Assembly: GCA_951406725.2 (NCBI GenBank) | Contig: OX597835.1 | Location: 20,708,001 to 20,772,000, forward strand | DNA: 64,000 nucleotides | DNA from: Octopus vulgaris | Taxonomy: Eukaryota | Direction: 5' to 3' | Shown here: positions 55,505 through 64,000 of the stretch, one piece after another | Layout of the letters: every line of letters begins with the position of its first letter | How positions within the stretch are numbered: the stretch's first letter is position 1 | Translations under genes and position numbers: made by a program | The notes under the pieces: generated by a model | The model's database searches: none | Seen by the model: only the letters and a program-made list of their open reading frames with translations | What the model was told of the DNA's origin: nothing

Positions 55505-55865
55505 TATTTCTTTATTGCCCACAATTGATCAAACATAGAGGGGAAAAACAAGGACAGAAAAGAGTTTAAGTCGATTACATCGACGCCGAAAGGATGTAAG
55601 GCAAAACTCGACCCCGGCAGAATTTGAACTCTGAACGTAGCGGCAGACGAAATATCTATTTCTTTACTACCCACAAGGGGCTAAACACAGAGAGGACAAA
55701 CAAGGACAGACAAACGGATTAAATCGATTATATCGACACCAGTGCGTAACTGGTACTTATTTAACCGACCCGAAAGAATGAAAGGCAAAGTCGGCCTCGG
55801 CGGAATTTGAACTCGGAACTTAACAGCAGACGAAATACGGCTAAGTATTTCTGCCAGCTCGCCTC
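55505..55865 (-). mobile_element. SINE family A, head plus two bodies (diverged)
   Basis: Homology. Confidence 0.8.
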
Positions 55866-56250
55866 ATACATATATATAATTATATATACACACACACGTA
55901 TGTCTGTATCTGTTGATTCACTCGAAGCGATAAATTACACAACATAAATGATCGGAAACAAATTACTGCGAACTAGAAAGAGTTATAAAGTGTGTGTGAG
56001 TGTGTGAATGGTTGATTTCATTTTCTGTCTACCAAATCTACTCACAAGGCATACGTCTGCCCGAAGATACAGTAGCAGAGACTAGCCAAAGGTACCCTGC
56101 GTTGTAAATGAACTGCGCAACCATGTAGCTGGGAAGAGAATTCCTCACTACACACCAATTTTTATGGTACATCCAAGATTTGAACACGCAAACGCAGACA
56201 TGCGTCCATGTAAGTACATAGATGTGTACACGCATGTATTTATATGTGCG

Positions 56251-56285
<35 letters not shown>

Positions 56286-56554
56286 GGGTAGAGAGGACGG
56301 ACGTTTTTCAAAGATTCACAAAAAAAAAGCCTTTTGATCACAATCGACCTCGATTAGGGCGAAAACTGTTGTTAAGCAACAACAATAACATCATGATCAC
56401 CGCATGTTTGATTTCCATCGTCAAAAGCAGCAACCTAATAACTTCTTAAATTGACTTAGTTTATAGGACAAATCAGTCCATGATTTCGTACAGAAGGATG
56501 ATTTTGATGATTTTTTTATAGACTCTGTCTTATATATTACGATATATATATATA

Positions 56555-57689
56555 CTAGCAGTATCGCCCGGCGTTGCTCAGCTTTGTAAGGGAAATAACT
56601 ACATAAGCATTTTTAGAGAGTTATACCCAAATAATAGCAAAAAATGCATTAAAAACGGAACATAAATGATGGTAATTTTTTTTTAAATCGTTGACTCATC
56701 GTAGACATTTTTAGAGAGTTGACAATTACGATCAGAAGATAATCCATCAGTGACAAAACACTCGCTTGGTATTTTTTGTATATTTGTTTTGTTGTTTTAG
56801 AGTTGATTTACGAAGCCCCTGGCCAGTCTCCAATATACGTCATTAAACTTTACTTTTTTTTTACTTTTTTACTTTTTTACTTGTTTCAGTCATTTGACTG
56901 CGGCCATGTTGGAGCACCCCTTTAATCGAGCAACTCGACCCCGGGACTTATTCTTTTGTAAGCCCAGTACTTATTCTATCGGTCTCTTTCGCCGAACCGC
57001 TGAGTAACGGGGACATAAACACACCAGCATCGGTTGTAAAGCAATGCTAGGGGACAAACACACTCACACAAACACACATGCACATATATATACAGATATA
57101 CGACGGGCTTCTTTCAGTTTCTGTCTACCAAATCCACTCACAAGGCTTTGGTCGGCCCGAGGCTATAGTAGAAGACACTTGGCCAAGGTGCCACGCAGTG
57201 GGACTGAACCTGGAACCATCTAGTTCATAAACAAGCTACTTACCACACAGCCACTCCTGCGCCTACTGTGTTTTTTTATATGCCAAATCCTCAGAATGAT
57301 GTATCTTTCTCTGCAAACTATCAAAAAATATATTTTATATACAAAGTCAACAAGTCTCTCTCTACCCCAGCATATTCTCTCCACTAACCACAGTTATATG
57401 GGTTCTCGATCCTTATAAGTGGGTACCAAAGAATTTTGAAAATCCTTCATTACAACATCTGCATGAATATAATAGCGAAAAAAAATGCATTAAAATGGAA
57501 AAAAATGATGGTAATTTTTTTTTTAAATCGTAGACTCATGGTAGACGCGCGCTAATACAGAGAAGGGCTCGATATGAATCACGACTATAAGATACCCGGT
57601 TTTGGTTAAACTGCACCGCAAAATGTGGGAGTATTTAGGAATCTAAATCGTAGGAGACAGACACACAACTTCACTTTTATATATAAAGA
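56555..57689 (-). mobile_element. Helitron-like element carrying a ~750-bp inverted copy of neighbouring DNA
   Basis: Termini A|TC...CTAG|T as in 9591-10077. Internal 56714-57464 is the reverse complement of 58218-59040, including a family B SINE. Confidence 0.7.
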
Positions 57690-57694
57690 TATAT

Positions 57695-58060
57695 CATACT
57701 CTGGTTGGATACCTGTTTTTAGATATATGGACTAATTCAATTTACTAAAGACTGACCATTTAACTTGTATTCATCAATTTCTTTGCTTTGATTTTTACCA
57801 TTTAGGTAGATTATTTGTCCAAAATAGGTGAAACGGTTTACATGTTCAACAATTTAATTATCTATTACTACATTTCCAGTTGTGACCAGATTCTAAATCA
57901 AAATTTTTTTTTCATTCTGCTTTTAGTTCACTGAGCATTTCTGTTGATTCTTTAATGCTCCTGGAACTGAGTACAATATTATCAGCGAATTTGAGATTAT
58001 CAACACATATTTGTTTATAATTATTCCATTGAGAAATATAAGATTTTAAAGACCTTTTCT
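57695..58060 (-). pseudogene. Decayed RTE-like reverse transcriptase fragment
   Basis: Peptides NLKFADNIVLSSRSIKESTEMLSEL (cf. LRFADDIVL), VEHVNRFTYFGQII (cf. YxYLG) and KWSVFSKL, with stops and frameshifts. Confidence 0.6.
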
Positions 58061-58431
58061 TATACAGATATGGATAAATAAGAGCAGCACAAGGAACCCG
58101 GAGAAAGGGAATACTGAAGATTGATCTGGAATGGTCTTTCTCGGGCATGTGTTTAGAAGAAAAGGGCAATAGATTTAATGCTAAATTGATAGACAGGACT
58201 GGAAGGAATGGAAGGCCATGCAGATGTTGTAATGAAAGATTTTCCAAAATTTTTCAAAATTCTTTGGTACCCACCTTATAAGGATCGAGAACCCATATAA
58301 CTGTGGTTAGTGGAGAGAATATGCTGGGGTAGAGAGAGACTTGTTGACTTTGTATATAAAATATATTTTAATGATAGCTTGCAGAGAAAGATACATCATT
58401 CTGAGGATTTGGCATATAAAAAAACACAGTA

Positions 58432-58602
58432 GGCGCAGGAGTGGCTGTGTGGTAAGTAGCTTGTTTACCAGCCACATGGTTCCGGGTTCAGTCCCACTGC
58501 GTGGCACCTTGGGCAAGTGTCTTCTACTATAGCCTCGGGCCGACCAAAGCCTTGTGAGTGGATTTGGTAGAGGGAAACTGAAAGAAGCCCGTCGTATATC
58601 TG

Positions 58603-58672
<70 letters not shown>

Positions 58673-58890
58673 TGTGTGTTTGTGTGAGTGTGTTTGTTCC
58701 CCTAGCATTGCTTGACAACCGATGCTGGTGTGTTTATGTCCCCGCCACTTAGCGGTTCGGCGAAAGAGACCGATAGAATAAGTACTGGGCTTACAAAAGA
58801 ATAAGTCCCGGGGTCGAGTTGCTCGATTAAAAGGCGGTGCTCCAACATGGCCGCAGTCAAATGACTGAAACAAGTTAAAAAAGTAAAAAA
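58432..58890 (+). mobile_element. SINE family B (donor copy for the inverted duplicate at 56865-57263)
   Basis: Full-length, with the same flanks as the inverted copy. Confidence 0.9.
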
Positions 58891-59380
58891 GTAAGAAAAA
58901 AGTAAAGTTTAATGACGTATATTCGAGACTGTCCACGGGCATCGTAAATCAACTCTAAAACAACAAAACAAATATACAAAAATACCAAGCGAGTGTTTTG
59001 TCACTGATGGATTATCTTCTGATCGTAATTGTCAACTCTCACAAAAAAAAATAGAAGAAAAGAAAAGAAATAATTTGAGCTAAAGAAAAAGTGCAACAAC
59101 AAGAACTACAAGAACATCAGTGTGTTGCTAACCATTAGTGACAGCACCGTTCGCACGCCCTAGATTTTTTTTTTTTTTTTTCGTTGGTCATATATTTACA
59201 TATATCTGTAAAGTGTGCTGGAACCGATATATAATACGGCAACAGTAAAAAAAGTGTTAAAAATAGGGAGAAATCTGCAAGTCGAGATGTAGTTCCAGAG
59301 TCTGGTTGTTGGAATCAAAGAGAATTTCTGGCAATAATATATATGAATATTCATGAACACATACTAAAGAGAACGTTTAT

Positions 59381-59539
<159 letters not shown>

Positions 59540-59609
59540 ATGCACACACATATACATATATATATATATATATATATTTATATATTTATATATATATATA
59601 CATATATAC

Positions 59610-59647
<38 letters not shown>

Positions 59648-59648
59648 G

Positions 59649-59806
<158 letters not shown>

Positions 59807-60106
59807 GTATATATGCGTGTATATGCGCATATTTATGTAGGTAGATAGATATATAAATAAATTGATACATACATACATACATATTCATTTTTTGCCCGTG
59901 TTTTATTATAGTTTTTTTATCGATATTCTCGTAGTATTCTATATAATATCTGGGATATCGATCTAATATTATCGAGAATATTCTGTGAAATATACCTTAC
60001 CATTTTTCGCAATCTGGTAATAATTCCCCCCACATTCTTATTTCTGTTAGTTGTTCTTCTAGTTCCTTCTCTTCATTTTTCTCCTTCCATTGCGTTTCGT
60101 CGTCGC

Positions 60107-60459
60107 CTTCTTCTTCTTCTTCTTCTTCTTCTTCTTCTTCTTCTTCTTCTTCTTCTTCTTCTTCTTCTTCTTCTTCTTCTTCTTCTTCTTCTTCTTCTTC
60201 TTCTTCTTCTTCTTCTTCTTCTTCTTCTTCTTCTTCTTCTTCTTCTTCTTCTTCTTCTTCTTCTTCTTCTTCTTCTTCTTCTTCTTCTTCTTCTTTCTTC
60301 TTTTTCTTCTTCTTCTTCTTCTTCGTTTTCTTTTTCTTCTTCTTCTTCTTCTTCTTCTTCTTCTTCTTCTTCTTCTTCTTCTTCTCCTTCTTCTACTTCT
60401 CCTTCTTCTTCTTCTTCTTCTTCTTCATCTTCTTCTTCTTCATCTTCTTCTTCTTCTTC

Positions 60460-60490
<31 letters not shown>

Positions 60491-60530
60491 GCTTCCTCTT
60501 CTTCTTCTTCTACTCCTCCTCCTCCATACT
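60107..60530. repeat. (CTT)n microsatellite
   Basis: Direct reading; about 63 uninterrupted units, then degenerate. Confidence 0.97.
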
Positions 60531-60768
60531 TTTTGTTTCCTACACCTACTTATTCAAATTCTTTTCGTCTTTTTCATCTTCATACTCTACTTCTAAATTC
60601 TTCGTCTTTCTTGTTCAGTTTCTCTCTTCTTTCTACATCTTCCTCTTCTTCTTCCACTTCTTCTGTATCTCCTCCTTCTTCTTTCTCTTTTTCTAATTTC
60701 TCTTCACCTATCCCCCTTCGTTCCATTTAATCTTCTTTTTCTTACACAACTTCATCTTATTCATCTGC

Positions 60769-61261
60769 TACCACCACCACCACCACCGCCGCCGCCACCA
60801 CCACCACCGCAACCACCAGCACCGCCACCACTACTACCGCCACCCCTACCGCCACCGCCACCACCAGCACCGCCGCCACCACCAGCACCGCCACCACTAC
60901 TACCGCCACCACTACCACCAGCGTCACCACCACCACCGCCGCCACCACCAGCACCGCCACCACTGCTACCGCCACCCCTACCACCACCAGCACCGCCACC
61001 ACTACTACCGCCACCCCTACCATCACCACCACCACCACCACCACCACTGCCACCACCACCAGCACCGCCACCACCAGCACCGCCACCACCACCAGCACCG
61101 CCACCACCACCACAACCGCCGCCACCACCACCACCGCCGCCGCCACCACCACCACTGCCAACACTACTACCGCCACCACCACCACCACCACCGCCGCCAA
61201 CCACCAGCACCGAAACCACTACTACCACCACCACCGCCACCACCACCACAACTACTAGCAT

Positions 61262-61295
<34 letters not shown>
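60769..61295. repeat. (CCA/CCG/CTA)n compound trinucleotide repeat
   Basis: Direct reading. Confidence 0.95.
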
Positions 61296-61297
<2 letters not shown>

Positions 61298-61929
61298 CAT
61301 TTCTGTTCTTATCTTTTCCTCCAACTTTCTTTTCTTATCTGCAATGTTTCTTCATCTTCAATTTCGTTTTCCCTTCTATTTTCTTTGGTTCTTCTCATCC
61401 TCTTTCACCTCTTCAACATGGCTACTACTGTTATTCTTCATCTCTAACTTCATTTATTACTTTCTCTATATTCCTTTTTTCCTGGTTTTCCTCTACTGTT
61501 TTTTTTTCATATTCTTATCCCCCACCCCTTTATTTACTCTTAACTTATTTTACTATCTTCATAATTTTTCATTTACTTATATTCTCTTCTTATTCAGCCG
61601 ATAATACTTATTCTCCTACACGTCTTGATCTTGTTTTTGACTTCTTGTCCTACTCCTGTCCATCCTCTTCTAAGGAATTTTCTCTCTCATCTATTGCCTT
61701 TCCTATATGTTCTCGTTCGTTTATTGACCCATATTTTCAGGTTTTGCTGTTGGATTTATTTTTGTCCATCTTTTCATCACTGTTGTCTTTTTGTCTTCTT
61801 GAAGTTGTTCGCTGGTTGTTTGAAGATGTTCGTTTACCATGAATAATACACAGGGTACAAGAGGCACATAAAAACTGCCACAGCAAAATATATATTGCGT
61901 ATCGGGGAAGTACGAAGTTATGAGCTTGG

Positions 61930-61977
<48 letters not shown>

Positions 61978-62138
61978 ATGTATACACACATACATACATA
62001 CATATATACAAGTGAGGATATACATATACGAATAGGTTAGGTACATTATGTACATGACAGATATAAAACGCTGATATATATGCATGTTTTCTGTGTATAA
62101 ATATATGGTGCATATATATGAGAAGTATATATATATAC

Positions 62139-62169
<31 letters not shown>

Positions 62170-62173
62170 CACT

Positions 62174-62229
<56 letters not shown>

Positions 62230-63688
62230 CTTAAAGATATAAATAGATATGAGTACATATATCTGTATATAAAATTATATATGCATAAATATGTATATGT
62301 ATATATAACCTATAAATGTGGCAACGGAATTTTCAGTGGAACTGAGCAACTGAATATATATTCAAGGTTTAATTAGTTTTAGAACTGTTTCCACAATGCA
62401 AACTATCACAAAATCCCAGGAGAATATCTACGCTTATTTATCGCGCACATGTTGTCACATCGCTCACTCTTATCCTTTTCTGATAAGAAACCTCGATAAA
62501 TATTTATTTTCTATATTGTGTAAAGAAACCAAAATCTAGGTTAATCTCTAAATGAAACTACTTCAGGGGATAGAGAGGAAAGAACGAAAACCAAAATTTA
62601 TAGTGTATTCATATAGCCTATACTATGTCAGTTGCTGAAAATGGATGCAAGGTAAGAAAGAAAAATAAGGCAGTAAAATTAAGTTTTATGATCCTATTCA
62701 TACTACGTATCAATACAATCAGAAAATATATAATGGAGCGGCATCATATCTTGAAGATTATCGATATACATATTTACTCATTGTAGATCATCGATTGACA
62801 GAAGTATTTCAATAAATATAGTCAACATTTTTGCTTTCTTGTTCTTGATTGGATGGAAATCATAAAAGTTTCCTTGCAAATTTAGCTATAAAAATTGCAA
62901 ACGGAAACGTTATCTCTGGGAGGTTAAAAACGTAATTTCTGTGTCTGGACACTTTGTATGACATGCGAAAATAGTTTGAATGATAAAGCAAATTTAACGC
63001 TGGAATTCAACATAGATGCTCTTTAAAGTTATTTTCGTCTAAGATGAAGAACTTTAATAAGTCAATTACTCCCAGAATATGTTTTCAATTTGATTGTGAA
63101 AACTATTATGAGTTTTACACTTCAATAATCACAAAAGTAATCTGAAATTTTTATTTAAACTTTGGAACGGTGTTTGATTTTTGCAGTATTCTTATCGAAC
63201 AGAATCACCATCAGCAAAATTCTAACGTTTGGAAGGTCATCGTAGGAGATTTTTACCGTGTGACCTCTGAAAAGGCTACAAGAAGTTTGTTTCTCGTACT
63301 TTACTCGCTATCCCGACACAAAAGTTTCGTTCTAATTTTTACGAAAAGACTGATTTGATTTTACAGAAACAGATATACGCGTAGGCGTAGGGGTGGCTGT
63401 CTGGTAAGTAGCTTGCCTACCAACCATATGGTCCCGGGTTCAGTCCCGTGATGAATTTGGATAGAAACGAATATAACCCGGCAGCATGCGAAATCTATAG
63501 TTAGCGGATCCATTAATTTTGCGCAATCCAGACTCTGTCAGAAATTAACAGACAAAACACACCCAGAGGAAAAGAAAATGGGCATTTTATACACCTGACA
63601 GTTACCTACCTATTTAACTATTCACATTACCTCATGCTTTGTCTCTTATAATCACCGCATCCTAGTAGCTACTTATACCCCGCTTGGT

Positions 63689-64000
63689 GGAGGCGCAATG
63701 GCCCAGTGGTTAGGGCAGCTGACTCGCGGTCATAGGATTGCCGTTTCGATTCCCAGACCGGGCGTTGTGAGTGTTTATTGAGCGAAAACACCTAAAGCTC
63801 CACGAGGCTCCGGCAGGGGATGGTTGTGATCCCTGCTGTACTCTTTCACCGCAACTTTCTCTCACTCTTACTCCCTGTTTCTGTTGTACCTGTATTTCAA
63901 AGGGCCGGCCTTGTCACTCTCTGTGTCACGCTGAATATCCCCGAGAACTACGTTAAGGGTACACGTGTCTGTGGAGTGCTCAGCCACTTACACGTTAATT
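63689..64000 (+). mobile_element. SINE family C (runs off the window end)
   Basis: Homology to 39918-40296. Confidence 0.9.

Noticed and set aside
62618-63290. Possible small exons (…TAG|CCTATAC…GCAAG|GTAAGA at ~62618-62651; TTTTGCAG acceptor at ~63186)
   Set aside because: No coherent spliced ORF or recognisable protein; would need RNA-seq.

Overview
AT-rich, microsatellite-dense eukaryotic non-coding DNA. It is most likely from an octopus or other coleoid cephalopod; this is an inference from the tRNA-derived SINE families and a mitochondrial ND1 fragment that reads in the invertebrate mitochondrial code. I found no supportable host protein-coding gene, and almost all ORFs in the track are translations of simple repeats. 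Recognisable content: three SINE families (more than 25 copies or fragments), a nuclear ND1 pseudogene (NUMT), an ORF1-only LINE-like insertion with a 15-bp target-site duplication (TSD), two Helitron-like elements, a MITE with an 8-bp TSD, decayed RT and GIY-YIG remnants, and long mini- and microsatellites. The main signal is about 18 hand-folded type I hammerhead ribozyme (HHR) motifs in short elements mostly embedded in or next to (TA)n tracts, resembling Penelope-like elements or retrozymes. They include a 404-nt tandem HHR-to-HHR unit, compensatory U3-A8 core variants, and head-to-head foldback hairpins. A second, covarying RNA structure that I cannot name is shared by several of these elements. 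All folds and alignments were done by eye and need computational and biochemical confirmation.
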